A stretch of DNA of 64,000 bases from the human T2T-CHM13v2.0 reference genome, Homo sapiens. Positions 1 to 15,124 of the stretch are shown in pieces. Made by a program: the position numbers and the translations under genes. Each line of letters opens with the position of its first letter. Position 1 is the stretch's first letter. The notes under the pieces were generated by a model. The model worked only from the letters and a program-made list of their open reading frames with translations. It was not told the origin of the DNA and searched no databases. The stretch lies in the NCBI RefSeq assembly GCF_009914755.1, contig NC_060933.1. One strand, 5' to 3'.

Positions 1-429
1 GTAGGAGTGACACCCAAAGCCATAATAATTTCTGATGATTAACCTCCAGTTTTTCACATCCTCTGTTATGTGTGATTCCAGGATCATAGACAAAATGATT
101 GCTTTGCTGTATGGAAAATCTGGCACTGTATAACTCTCTAATTTTCCACACATGATATCATAATACCTCTAGTAGCACTATTTGTAGCTAAAGCCTCCCT
201 CTCCTCCTCCTTCTTCCTGTTTTTTCCTCTATTTGATGTATTTTCCTTTCTTTCATTAATTGCAAGGGGCTTTAGCCCAGGGTGAGGATAGTGAGTAGTG
301 CGATAGGAGTGGTGGCTTCAGAGCCTCCTGTCTGCATGGTAAAAAATATATGTGTGTTTATCTGTTTAGGAGAAGATTCCTAAAGACCTAGAGTGATGTT
401 ATTACAGCTAGATTGCATTTAGAAACTCT

Positions 430-752
430 AATGAAATGCATGTAAGGACAGAGGCAGGTAATAGAAATGAGTGACTGGATCAAGAGAACTGTGGTGGACT
501 GGGTGGCTCCTAGCCTGTCTCAGAGGGGGATGTACCAGCCAGCTCCATCCATTGTTGCTATAGAGAGTTGCAACCAGTGCTATGAAATCTCATTTTTAAA
601 CAGAAGCTAAAAATTCAAGTTTTACATGAAATTTTCTGCTCTCTAAATGTTCATAGTTAATTGAGGTTTCTTTTTAACTCCATCAACTATGTAGGCCAAA
701 AACCATGTCTGAAGGACTAGATTGGGCCTGTGGAGCAGGAGTTTGTAAACTT
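430..752. mobile_element. MER102-like hAT-Charlie DNA transposon relic
   Basis: The segment 'cagtgctatgaaatctcatttttaaacagaagctaaaaattc...atgtaggccaaaaaccatgtctgaaggactagattgggcctgtggagcaggagtttgtaaac' resembles the recalled MER102 consensus; boundaries approximate. Confidence 0.55.
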
Positions 753-879
753 GATTTAGTCTGATGTCCTCATTTCATGGAAGAAAAGGAGTTTGTCCAA
801 GCTCACTCATGACCTTAGTGAGGTGCAGAGTTGAGAAAAGAATGCGGGTCAGAATGCTCCTCATTCCTTTCACCTCTGA

Positions 880-1155
880 AGATACCTACAGTAGGACTTA
901 TGTGCCAGGCAGTGAGCCAGGTCAGGGTTAGGTTACAGATATGGCTCCAGCCCTCAATGAGCTCACAGTCTGGCAGGGGTGACAGACAAGCAAACAACTA
1001 ACTATAATTCTTTGAGGTATGTGCAACAAAGAAGTAGCTATAAATGCAGAGGCAACATCAGGAGGAACAAGTTCATTTCATCTGAGGAGAGGGTGACATG
1101 GCATGGAGAATCAGGGATGGGCTTACAGAAAAGGTGATGCCTCGGTTGGGTGTTA
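880..1155 (-). mobile_element. L2 (LINE-2) 3' fragment
   Basis: Contains 'tatgtgccaggcagtg...ccagccctcaatgagctcacagtctggcagggg...agaaaaggtgatg', typical of an antisense L2 3' end. Confidence 0.6.
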
Positions 1156-1911
1156 ACACTTAAATCTTTTGATAATAGTCACAGTGTTTTGTTTGCTTGC
1201 TTCTTTTACGTTTGTTAAGCAGCTGGTTTGTTACTGTGATTCTGATGAATTTAGGGGGGCAGAAATTGATAATAAATTGTCTCATATTGGCTTGATTTAA
1301 AGTTTGCACATACCAACTTACTTGGACCTCATAATGTTTGGTGAGGGTAAGGAATAGGGCAGGTATTAACTCAATTTCGTAGATGAGGAAATTGTGACTC
1401 AGGAAACCTAAATGCAAGGCCCAGTGTCACCTCATTATATATGCATCAGTAGAACTGGGTGGAAGGGAAATTTCTCATTTGCAGTTGGTGCTATTTATAT
1501 TCTGGGTCCTGACTGAGTGTGGCAGCACAAATCATCCATCCTGTGCTGTAAACCAATTCCAAGTTCTGGAATCCTCGGGAGATTTTGCCTCAACTTTCCT
1601 GGGAAATTGGATTGGAAGAACTACCCTTATGTTCATTGGAAATAAGGTGAAGACAAAGGTTTGGCAAGATGCTGATTCAGAGTGCAGCAACACTCAGGCT
1701 TTCAGGCCCTGCCCCATTCCACAAGTTGTAGGCCTGCAGGGCTGCGTTCAGTGGGACACTGGTGAGGGTAGAAGGTTGGGGGATAGGAGGTCTAATTTTC
1801 ACGGAGTCCCAGTGTAGGCTAGCAGGAACCTTGGGAATGCTATGGGCGTGGGGTTAAGTACATACAAACAATTTCACACTTATAGTTGGTTATTTTAGAA
1901 ATTCATTGACC

Positions 1912-2500
<589 letters not shown>

Positions 2501-3428
2501 TGAATCCAAAGAATATGTCATAAGAAACCTAAGAAATGGGACGTAATTTTCTGTGTAATGAAGGTGATTTATTTCATATAATAATTTTACTTGGGGTACC
2601 TATGCACACGTGTGCATGTATGTGTTTGTATGTGTATGCTTATGGTGATGGTGAGATGTCAACAGAAAACAGCATAGGAAAGTCGGAGGAAAGAACCAAA
2701 CGGGTGAATTTACTTCTAGTCTAATTTACCATGTTGGCTATTCACTTTCAGTTACTCTGCATTAACGGAGGTAAAGAGTCTGGTGGAAAATCTCAAAACT
2801 GGATTAATGAAATTATTTGTATTTGGCATTGGGTGTGATTGTGTGTAATGGTTTAGAAAATTATAAAACAAATAATGAGACCATTTAGTCAATGTTCAAC
2901 TTAGGAGGAAGAGAAAAGCTGTGCTTTTCATCAACTCTGCTGAATAACATCTCTCTCCTTCCTTCTTTCACATAGCAGTGTCTCTTAGGCAGGCACAATT
3001 TATCCTTACAAAGGGAACTGGTTTATCTCTCTCAATTTGCTTGTTTACTTTTTCAGATTTCCTGGAGGAGTTAAGGTAATTAAACAGCTTGGTGTAACTG
3101 CGATAATTTTCAGCTTTCTTTCCCAATTTCTGTTAAACTATAGCCTATAGTTGGGTGTAAGGAAGACTACCAATTAATTTATCTAACATAGTTTAATTGA
3201 ACACCTACCATATGCAAGGCACTGTGCTAACTTCTGGGGAATACAAATATAAAAGTGATAAAGGCAGATATGCAACGAACTGTATTGTAGTTAGATTGTA
3301 ACAAAAACAGGCCCAGATCATACCAGGTAGAGATGCTGGGAAAGATAATTTGATATCCTTAAAAAACAATATTTAAAAAATATTTATTCTGCATTTATTT
3401 AGCAGGGGAGAGATTATTACCAGCCTGA

Positions 3429-3659
<231 letters not shown>

Positions 3660-4356
3660 AAGGTCAATTTATATGTATATATTTTCAGCTATTTATGGAA
3701 CTGCTTGTGGGTACCATGGTACCATTTTATTTCAGTGAAAGCCCCCTCTTATAGATTGTTACTCTGGGCTACCACCCAACTGGCCCAGCCCTTAATTTTG
3801 CTCTCTACAGAAGAATGGAGCTCATGGAGACAGGGGAGGGAAACAGAGGAGGGAAAGACTAATTCTGACTGTGACTGAGCCAGGCCTCAAAGAATGATTA
3901 AAGTTTCTAAAAGCTGAGAAACTGAGGCCCAGGACAAGATAGGTCTGTCAGGAAGAGAGGGCAGTAGAGGCAAATGCAGGGCCAACTAAGCTAAGGTACA
4001 GGGGCCACAAACTGAAAGTGACATATAGGAAGTTGCTAGCTGACTGCAGAGGACAGATCTGATGAAGTATTACTGGCATATTCAAAGGTCTTACTTCTAC
4101 CATGGTACAGTTCTCATGAAGTGATAAAAGCTGAAATTGGGATGAAGCAGGGAAGAGCCAGGCTGGAGTGCTTCTCTTACTGGAGGCTATAGTCACTCCC
4201 TTTAAGTTATGCCTGTCCTTAAGTATAAGCATTCTGTGCCAGCTTCTACACTACCCTCACTGTCCTGTGCCTTGCTTTGCTTCAACAGCCTTTCTTGAAA
4301 GGATGTGTCATTTGGTGGCTCCTTTGCCACTTTTTTTCCAGATTGCTGACTTAGGA

Positions 4357-4649
4357 TTTTTTTGTTTATTTGTTTTAAAGACAGGGTCTTGCTCTGTTGC
4401 CCAGGCTGGAGTGCAGTGGTGCAATCATAGCACATAGATCATAGTTCATCAGATCCTCCTGCCTCAGCCTCCTGAGTAGCTGGGACTACAGGCATGCACC
4501 TCCATACCTGGCTAATTTTTTAGTTATTTGTAGAGACAAAAAACTCACTATGTTGCCCAGGCTGGTCTCAAACTCCTGGCCTGAAGTGATTTATCCCACC
4601 TCTGCCTCCCAAAGTGTTGAGATTACAGATATGAGCCACTGTGCCTGGC
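4357..4649 (-). mobile_element. AluJ-like SINE with small internal rearrangement
   Basis: Diverged Alu ('ctcactatgttgcccaggctggtctcaaactcctggcctgaagtga'); TSD gctgacttagga at 4345-4356 and 4655-4666. Confidence 0.9.
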
Positions 4650-5299
4650 AGAGGGCTGACTTAGGAAGTGGCATGTCTTGAGATCATCCAAGGACTTTAG
4701 GTAGTCTGAGTTTGCTATTTTTATGAACATAAACAGGAATGACATTAACAGGACTGATCTGGGAAGTTAATCATGGCAAGGAAGGTGCCAGGCCTGAATG
4801 CCTGGAGGAAGTGAGTAGGTGTAGGTGTCAACTGGTTCTGCTTGAAGCAAAGGCTTTCCATCCGAGAGACCCTCTAGGAACACCTGGGAGGCTCAGCTTC
4901 TAGGCTCAAAGAATGCCTGGAGCTTTGAGAATGTGGTCTTGTGGAGAGGATCTGTCAGATCAGTATTCAAGATGGTAGATGCTACTTACATAATTGTAAT
5001 TGCATTATAGATTCTTGGCCTTCATATTTAGAAACAAATTCATACTTGTAATAGTTCTTGTTAAGCATTAGTGGAACAACATTTTAGCATTCTTCCTCTA
5101 CCACAGGCACAACACAAATACAATAGCTGAGGCTATTTAGAAAGGGCATTTAGAAAGTGGGATTACATGTAGACTTCCACTCCAAGTGTGTTGGAGTTGA
5201 GAATATTTATTCAGTCATCTAATTTTTCTATCATCTTTGATATTTTAAGGACATATTCCTAGCTTAATATTTTTAAAAGGGTATTTGGCAGAACAATAA

Positions 5300-5512
5300 A
5301 TGGTATTTTAAAAAATAAAAAATTCTGCAGCTAAATAAGTTTGGAGAATGTTGGCTTAAGAAACTTAAACAATTTTTTTTAAGTCCAGGACTTTTCAGAG
5401 CTTTAAATATGGTAATGTGCTTTTAGCAATTATAAGAAGAGTATACCGTATTCATGGTCACCTATTTTATGGTAAACTGAGATCCACTAGACACAATATG
5501 GGAAGCATTGTT
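5300..5512. mobile_element. MER103C-like hAT-Charlie relic
   Basis: 'aaataagtttggagaatgttggcttaagaaacttaaac...caggacttttcagagctttaaatatggtaatgtgc' resembles recalled MER103C. Confidence 0.6.
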
Positions 5513-5805
5513 CTAGATCATAATTTACATGTAATCTCTTGGGAGAGTCACTTTACATCTTTTTTATTTATATACAATGGTTTTCAACTTTTATTCTAGA
5601 TTCAGGGACTACATGTGCAGGTTTGTTACATGGGTATATTGCATGATGCTGGTTTGGGATACAGATGATGCAGTCATCCAGGTAGTTAGCATAGTACCCA
5701 ATAGTTAATCTTTCAACACTTACCCCCTCTGCCTCCCTCCCCTTCTCCAGTAGTCCCCAGTATCTATTGTTCCCATCTTTATGTCCATGAGTACCCAGTG
5801 TTTAG

Positions 5806-6042
<237 letters not shown>

Positions 6043-8260
6043 TAAGTGAGAACATGCAGTATTTGGTTTTCTGTTTCTGCATTAATTTACATAGGATAAT
6101 GGCCTCCAGCTGCATCCATGTTGCTGCAAAGGACATGATTTCATTCTTTTTTATGGTTGTGTAGTATTACATGGTGTATATGTACCCCATTTCCATCATC
6201 CAGTCCACTGTTGATGGATGCCTACATTGATTCCATGTGTTTGCTATTGTGAATAGTGCTGTTAGGAACATACAAGTGCAGGTGTCTTTTTGGTAGAATG
6301 ATTTCTTTTCTTTTGGAATGAGATTTCTGGGTTGAATGGTAGTTCTGTTTTAAGTTCTTTGAGAAATCTCCAAACTTCTTTCCACAGTGGCTAAACTAAT
6401 TTACTTTCCCACCAACAGTTTATAAGTGTTCCCTTTGATCTGCTGCCTCACCAACGTCTATTATTTTTTGACTTTCTAATAATAGCCATTCTGACTGGTA
6501 TGAGATGGTATCTCATTGTAGTTTTGATTTGCATTTCTCTGATGATTAATGATGTTGAGTATTTTTTCATATTTTTGTTTTGGCTGCTTGTATGTCTTCT
6601 TTTGGGAAGTGTCTGTGTCTTTTGCCCACTTTTTAATGGGATTATTTGTTTTTTTGTTTGTTGATTTGTTTAAGTTCCTTATAGATTCTGGATATTAGAC
6701 CCTCATTGAATGCATAGTTTGCAAATATTTTCTCCTATTCTGTAGATAGTCTGTTTACTCTGTTGATAGTTTTCTTTTGCTGTGCAGCAGCTCTTTAGCT
6801 TAATTAGGTCCTACTTGTCATTTTTTGGTTTTGATACAATTGCTCTTGAGGACTTAGTCATAAATTCTTTCTCAAGAGCAATGTCCAGAATAATGTTTCC
6901 TAGGTGTTCTTCTAGGATTCTTACAGTTTGAGGTCTTAAATTTAAATTTTTAATCCATCTTGAGTCAGTTTTTTAATATGGTGAAAGGTAAGGGTCCAGT
7001 TTTATTCCTCTGCATATGGCTAGCCAACTATCCTCACACCATTTGTTGAATAGGGGGCCATTTCCTCATTGCTTGTTACTGTTGACTTTGTCAAAGATCA
7101 GATGGCTGTAGGAGTGCAGCTTTATTCCTGGGTTCTCTAGCCTGTTCCATTGGTCTCTGTGTCTATGATGAGAGTGGGCATCCCCATCTTGTTCCAGTTC
7201 TTAAGGGAAATGTTTCCAGCTTTTTTCCATGCAGTATGATGATGCCTGTGAATTTGTCATAGATAGCTCTTTGTCTTTTAAGGTATGTTCTTTTGATGCC
7301 ATGTTTTTTGAGGGTTTTTATCATAAAGAGATGTTAGATTTTATGAAAAGCATTTTCTGCATTTATTGAGATCATCATATGGTTTTTGTTTCTAATTGTG
7401 TTTATGTTGTGAATCAAGTTTATTGATTTGCATATGTTGAATCATTCTTACATTGCAAGAATAAAACCTACTTGATCATGATGAATTAATTTTTTGATTT
7501 GCTGCTGGATTTGGTTTGCCAGTATTTTGTTGAGGATTTTTGCATTTATGTCCATCAGGGATACTGGCCTATAGTTTTCTTTTTTCATTGTCTTTGCCAG
7601 ATTTTGCATGAGGATGATGCTGGCTTCCTATGATGAGTTAGGGAGGAGTCCCTCTTCCTTGATGTTTTTGTATAGTTTTACTAACATTGGTACCAGCTCT
7701 TCTTTGTATGTCTGGTAGAATTCGGCTCTGAATCCATCTTGTCCAAGGTTTTTTGGTTGGTTGGTTTTTTATTACTGATTCAATTTAGGAACTTAATATT
7801 GGTCTGTTCAGGGTTTCAATTTCTTCCTGATTCAATCTGGGGAGATTGTGTGTTTCTAGGAATGTATGCATTTCTTCTACATTTTCCAGTTTGTATGCAT
7901 AGAAGTGTTCATAATAGTCTCTGGGGATCTGTATTTCTGTGGGATTGGTTGTGATGTCACCTTTATTGTTTCTGATTGTGCTTATTTAGTTCTCTTTTTT
8001 TCTTTGTTAATCTAGCTAGCATGCTGTTGCTATTGCTTATCCTTTCACAGAACTAACGTTTAGTTTTGTTCATCCTTTTTATGGATATTAGGGTCTCAAT
8101 TTTATGCAGTTCTGCTCTGATTTTAGTTCTTTCTTTTCTTCTGTTAGCTTTGGAGTTAGTTTGTTCTTGTTTTTCTAGTTCTTCTAAGTGTGATGTTAGA
8201 TAGTTAATTTGAGATCTTTCTTTCTTGATGTAGGCATTTAGCACTATTAACTCCTCTTAA

Positions 8261-8771
8261 TGAGAGGTGAAGCCAGCTGGACTTCCTGGGTCGAGTGGGG
8301 ACTTGGAGAACTTTACTGTCTGGCTAAAGCATTGTAAGTGCACCAGTCAGTGCTCTGTGTCTAGCTAAAGGATTGTAAATGCACCAGTCAGCACTCCATG
8401 TCTAGCTAAAGGATTGTAAATGCACCAATCAGCACTCTGTAAAAACGCACCAAGCAGCGCTCTGTGTCTAGCCAAAGGATTGTGAACGCACCAATCAGCA
8501 CTCTGTAAAATGGACCAATCAGCAGGACATGGACAGGGACAAATAAGGGAATAAAAGCTGGCCACCCCAGCCAGCAGCGGCAACCCGCTCAGGTCCCCTC
8601 CCATGCTGTGGAAGCTTTGTTCTTTTCCTCTTCACAATAAATCTTGCTGCTGCTCACTCTTTGGGTCCATGCCACCTTTAAGAGCTGTAATACTCACTGC
8701 AAAGGTCCGTGGTTTCATTCTTGAAGTCAGCGAGACCAAGGACCCACTGGAAGGAACCAACTCTGGACACA
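8261..8771 (+). mobile_element. Solo LTR12-family (LTR12F-like, HERV9/ERV1) LTR inserted in L1 ORF2
   Basis: TG...CA termini (tgagaggtgaagccagc...ctctggacaca); 4-bp TSD TTAA at 8257-8260 and 8772-8775; tandem 'ctagctaaaggattgtaaatgcaccaatcagcactctgt' units; AATAAA at 8636. Confidence 0.92.
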
Positions 8772-9580
8772 TTAACATGGTTTTGCTGTATCCCAGAGAT
8801 TTGGTATGTTGTGTCTGTTTCCATTTTTATTTAAAAGAACTTTTTGATTTCTGCCTTAATTTTGTTGTTTACCCAAACGTCATTCAGAAACAAGTTGTTT
8901 TATTTCCATATGATTGTGTAGTTTTGAGATCTTCTTGATATTGATTTCTATTTTTATTCCACTGTGGTCCAAGAGTATGCTTGGTATGATTTCAGTTTTT
9001 TTGAATTTATTGATACTTGCTTTATGGCTGAGCATCTGGTCAATCTTAGAGTATGTTATATGTACAGATGAGAAGAATGTATATTCTGTGGTTGTTTGTT
9101 GGAGTATTCTGTAGATATCTGTTGGGTCCAATTGGTCAAGTTTTGAATTTAAGTCCGGAAGTCTTTGTTAATTTTCTGCCTTGATGGTCTGTCTGATGTT
9201 ATCAATGAGATGTTGAAGTCCCCCACTGTTGTTGTGTGGTTATTTCTTTTTATAGGTCTAGAAGTACTTGTTTTATGAATCTGGTGCTTCAATGATGGGG
9301 GCATGTATATTTAAAATAGTTAAGTCTTCTCATTTAATTGAACCCTTTATTGTTATGTAATGCCTTTCTTTGACCTTTTTTTACTGTTGCTGGTTTAAAG
9401 TCTGTTTTATGTAATATAAGAATAGCAACCCCTGCTTCTTTTTGTGTTCCATTTGTGTGATAGCTCTTTCTCCATTCCTTTACTTTGAGCCTATAGTTTT
9501 GTTACATGTGAGATGGTTCTCTTGAAGTTAGCAGATGGTTGGGTATTATTTTGTTATCCACCTTGCCACTCTGCGCTTTT

Positions 9581-9886
<306 letters not shown>

Positions 9887-12800
9887 CACTCTGTGCTTTT
9901 AAAATGGAGTGTTTAGAGTGTTTACATTCAAGGTTAATATTGATATATGAGGTTTTGATGCTGTTGTGATGTTGTTAGCTGGTTGCTTTATAGTCTTGTG
10001 TAGTTGCTTTTACAGACTTTGGGCTATGTACTTATGTGTGCTTTTGTGGTAACAGGTATAATTCTGTTTTCATGTTTAGAATTCCCTCGAAGAATTTCTT
10101 GTATGACTGGTCTAGTGGTAATGGATTCTTTCAGTGGTAATAGATTCTTTCACTGTTTGCTTGTTTGGAAAGGATTTGATTTCTCCTTTGCTTATGAAGC
10201 TTAATTTGGCAGGATATGAAATTCTTGGTTGGAATTTCTTTTCTTTAAGGATGCTAAAAATAGGCCCCGATCTCAACCTGTTTGTGAGGTTTCTGCTGAG
10301 AAGTCTACGGTTAGCCTGATGGAGTTCTCTTTGTAATTGATCTGACCCTTTCCTCTAGCTACTAAGATTTTTTTCTTTTGTGTCAACTTTGGAATGTTGA
10401 TGACTATATGTCTTGGGGATGGTCATTTTGCACAGTAATTAACCTCACAGGGGTTCTCTGAATTTCTTGAATTTGCATGCTTACCTCTCTAGCAAGATTC
10501 AGGAAAGTTTTATGGACTACATCCTCAAATATGTTTTCCAGGTTGCTTATTCTGTCTCCTCTCTCAGGAATACCAATGAGTTGTAGGTTTAGTTTCTTTA
10601 CATAATCTCATATTTCTCAGAGGTTTTGTTCATTTAAAAAATTATTTTTTCTTTATTTTGGCTGACCGGGTTGATCTGAAGCATCAGTCTTTGAGCTCTG
10701 TAATTTTTTCCTCAGCTTGGTCTAGTCGGTTGTCAAGGTTTACAACTGTATTTTGAAATTTCTGTGGTGAATTTTTAATTCTAGAAATTCAGTTTGTTTC
10801 TTCCTTAATATGGCCATGTTGTGTTTTAACCCTTGAATCATTTTACTTACTTTTTTGGATTGGGTTTTAACTTTCTCTTGAATCTTATTGAGTTTCCTTG
10901 TCATCCAGATTCTAAAAGTCAATGTCTGCCATTTCAGACATTTCAGTCTGGTTAGGATCCAGTGCTGGGGAGCTAATGTAATCTTTGGAGGTAAGGAAAC
11001 ATTTTGACTTTTTGAGTTGCTAGAGTCCTTGTGCTGGTTTCTTCTCATCTTAGGGGGCTGGCATTTCTTTATCTTTTTGAAGTTGCTGTCATTTGGAAGG
11101 GGCTTTTTGTTTTTCTATCATTTGTTCCCTTGAGGATTTGACTGTGGTGTATATTGTGTATAGTTGACTGGCTCCATTTCTGGGTGCTTTCAGAGGGTTA
11201 AGGCTCTGTACAGGTTCTTTAGTTGTGGCTAGTTTCCTGCACTGGGTTTCACAGTCGATGCATGCTGTAGGAATTTATTTTTGTTGGTGGTGTAATTCAG
11301 GCTGTGATCCAGTAGATGTCCCTTAAGAGTAAGAGCTGGCAGATAGGCTTTTAACCCTGTGTCCTTTGTATTTCAGTGCATTCACAGCAATGCTCTGGTG
11401 AGTGGGAAATGGGGAGAGCAGGGATTACCCCTTTACCAAGTTTGTTCCCAGGCCTTGGAGAAGCTGCCTCCAATCACTGGTTCTATGCCTGCATTTCCTG
11501 AACCCAAAGGGCCCCCTCATTGACTGCACTCTCCCCTCCCTTAAGGGAGGCCTGAGCTGAAGGTTAGGCCACCAGAAGACTTGCAGCTCCCCAGGGACTC
11601 TCTGGTCATCTGAGCTTGGCAGAGTCAGAGGAGGTTGTGGGGTATGTCTGTGGGTGGTCTGGTGATGCCCACAGGGTGGGCAGGATGGTGGGGCCAAGGG
11701 TGTGCAGCTGGTGTGGCACCTACAGCTTGGGGTTTTTGCCCAGAATACAGTTATAGGGACCACCTAGCTCAGGCTCCCCGAGCTGGGACTCTTTCTAGTG
11801 TCTGTCCCAGGAGTAGGCCTGACCAGCTAGTTTTGTCCCAAAACTTCTTGGCCCAGATCTCTGGGCTGGTCAAGGCCAGAGGGCTCCCTCAGGTAGCAGC
11901 TACACTGCCCAACAGGCTATACCCTTCCTGCACCCTTCTTGTGGAGGGAGGGACACCAAACTTTTGTGCTGGCACACAAACCCACACCTCACTCTTCTCA
12001 GTTTTCTGAGAGTGGGGGCTCCTTACCTGCTCAGGCTGAAGTCACACATCTCAGCTGGATACCCATGGGCAGTGTGCTTGAACCCTGGGGGATTCGAACC
12101 GACCTTTGACTTTGCCCTCTGGCCCCTTGGGGTTGAGTACCACCTGTGCTGGAGGCACTGAATTGCTCCCAGGCCACTGGCAAAACACTTGGCTTAGTGG
12201 AAGCTGTGCTGTGTGCACCCTCTTGTAGGAGTGGCCAGGCAGGGCCTTGGGAGGGGCCAGCTGACAAGGGGGCACACAGATCAGATGCGCTCCAGACCTG
12301 TGTAAAGGCAGCCCTGGTTTCTCCTGGCCCAGCAATCAGCAGGGGATAGAGTTACTCAAAGTAAAATGGAGAGCCTTGGGGATAGGCACATATAATCGCA
12401 TTTTGCCGCAGCTGCCCTGCATGTTAAACCTTCTGGGCTCCATGGAGGTTCAAGCTCTGCCTCTGCCTATTCTCCAGCAGTTCCCTGTGCCAATTCAAAT
12501 GTCTTTTCAGGTCGTAGGATCTCTTGTAGCTAGGACCCCAGAGGTCTGTGGCAGGAGTGTTGTGTCCTGGAGCTCTTTTACTCTCCCCTTCCTTAGTACC
12601 TATGAAGGACCAAGAGCTGGTTGGTCCTGGTGCTTGGTGATGTCATGCAGGCTTCCTAGCTTCCTCCCTCTTGGATCTCACTGTCTACATCACCTTCCTA
12701 TTGACTTTCAGCATTTTGTCTCAAAAGATCTGTTTGAAGTATGATGGTTTACTCAACATTTTGGTTTCTCTCAGTGGGAGAGGCATTTCCTGGCTGTGTC

Positions 12801-14054
12801 TAGTCAGCTATCTTTACCTCTAAGCTGTAGTTTTGTAATGTGCAAATTGACAGTGAGAGCACTTGGGATAATTTGAAGTCAAGTGAGATCTTGTGAACTA
12901 TTTAAAGTTAGTTATTGTTAGTCTAGAAAATTTGTATCTAAAAGATATTTTATGATTATTATTCAATACAATAACTTTTATGTTAAGGAAAACGGTACAA
13001 AATCAACTACAAGCTTATTTAATATTGAGTAATAATAATGCCCTCAGGTGAGGCTGGAAATAATTTACAGATATATCATAGCAGGCTTTACCAATAGAAT
13101 TTCAGTAAACTAGAAGTACTAAGAAGATCAGGTATTAATTACCACACAATTAAACTTGGTTCACGAACTTAGAGATTCCACAAGATGCATCAATATAAAT
13201 TGAGGGAATATAGAGTAATTAGACAATGAAAAAGAGATAAACAAGAGAGACCGCCTCATCTTCCTGATTATTTGTGCAAAATGTATAAGTTACTTTAGAT
13301 TGGGGATTGGGTCTTATATCATCTTATAGTCATCTTTCAGCACCTGGAACAGTGCTGGATATAAATTCTATTAATACAAATTCACAGACAGATTTGTTCT
13401 GCATTTCTGGAAAAACATGGTTTAAATTAGATTACTGTTAAGTGGGTTCATACTTAGTTGACAACACGATTTGTAATGCTTCAGTGTCAATATAAGAATA
13501 TTTATTATTTGAATGAAACTCCACAGTGGTCAGTCTTTGGGCAACTCTGTGGGGACCCATTAAGACAAATTATCTTGAAGCAGGAAAAAGAATCTCAGTA
13601 TCAAGCAAATAAATTATTTGCTGTTTTTGTTTAAGTATATAAGAAAAAAGGAGCTAAGAATCAAACATCACATACTGAGGGTTACCAAATTAAGATAATT
13701 TAAGATACAATTCATGGAATAAGCAGGTCTTTGCCTAGAAAGGTGAACTTCTGAGGTCTTTGGATATACTGTTTTCCAAGAACATATACAATTTTTTTAT
13801 GAGCTGCATTCTTTTATATAGGCCTTGTTATATTAGACTAGGTTATGTTTATATTTTAGTTATCTTTTTTTGTAAAGCTAATATGTCCCCACAGCAATTA
13901 AATTTAGTCATTGGCCTCATTGGCACCATGGTGCTATGAGTAAAATTAAATAATACAGTGTATGAAATCAATTATGTTCTTATTGAGCTATTTTCTGCAT
14001 TTGGGGGATACTATAATTAAATAAGATGGTTAGGAAAAGGATAATGTCCAGAGC

Positions 14055-14299
14055 TACATTGTCCAATATGGTAGCCACTAGCCATATGTTTATATTTAAA
14101 TTTGAATGTAAATTAATTAAAGTTAAATTTATTTTAAATTTAATTTATTAAATTAAATTTAAATTCAAAATTCAATTCCTCAGTCTCACTGGCCATAATT
14201 TAAGTGCTCAGTATTCACACGTGGCTAGTTGCTATCCTATTGGACAACACAGAAACAGAATATTTTCATCACTTCAGAAGGTTCCATTGGACAGTACTG
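14055..14299 (-). mobile_element. MER3 (hAT-Charlie MITE)
   Basis: 'gtccaatatggtagccactagcca...ttcctcagtctcactggcc...gtggctagttgctatcctattggaca...ggttccattggacagtactg' matches recalled MER3 in reverse. Confidence 0.8.
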
Positions 14300-14472
14300 T
14301 TTTAGAGAATAGCAATGTAAATGTTGAGATATAACTGCCAGATTTGAGTTTTTTAGCTTCAAGAAGAGGAGCTTGGAATAGAGGCTAAGTTAATAGTCAT
14401 TGGCTACATGAGGAGCTTTGGTAATCATCCTGCAGTTTCAGAAATGAGGAATAATAAATTAGGACCAGGTAA

Positions 14473-14798
<326 letters not shown>

Positions 14799-14808
14799 TA
14801 GATAGACT

Positions 14809-15124
14809 TTTTTTTTATTACTTTCCAACTTCTATTTTAGGTTCAAAGAGTACATGTGCAGGTTTGTTACATGGGTAAACTGTGTGTTGGGGGCGGGGTT
14901 GGTGTAGAGATAATTTTGTTACCCAGATAATCAACATAACACTTGATAGGCAGTTTTTCAGTTCTCACCCTCCACCCACCCTCCACCCTCAAGTAGGCCC
15001 TGGTGTCTGTTGTTCCCTTCTTTGTGCCATGTGTACTCCATGTTTCGCTCTCACTTGTAAGTGATAACATGCAGCATTTGATTTTCTGTTCCTTCATTAA
15101 TTCACTTACTATGGCCTCCAGCTT
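14809..15124 (-). mobile_element. Short 5'-truncated L1 3' end (L1PA15-like)
   Basis: 'ccaacttctattttaggttc...tacatgtgcaggtttgttacatgggtaaa...ccctccaccctcaagtaggccc...atggcctccagct'; distal TSD-like copy tagatggacgtttt at 15126. Confidence 0.88.

Noticed and set aside
8320-8525. Regularly spaced 30-40-bp direct repeats that superficially resemble a CRISPR array
   Set aside because: They are the internal tandem CCAAT repeats of an LTR12 LTR; there are no unique spacers, and the DNA is eukaryotic.
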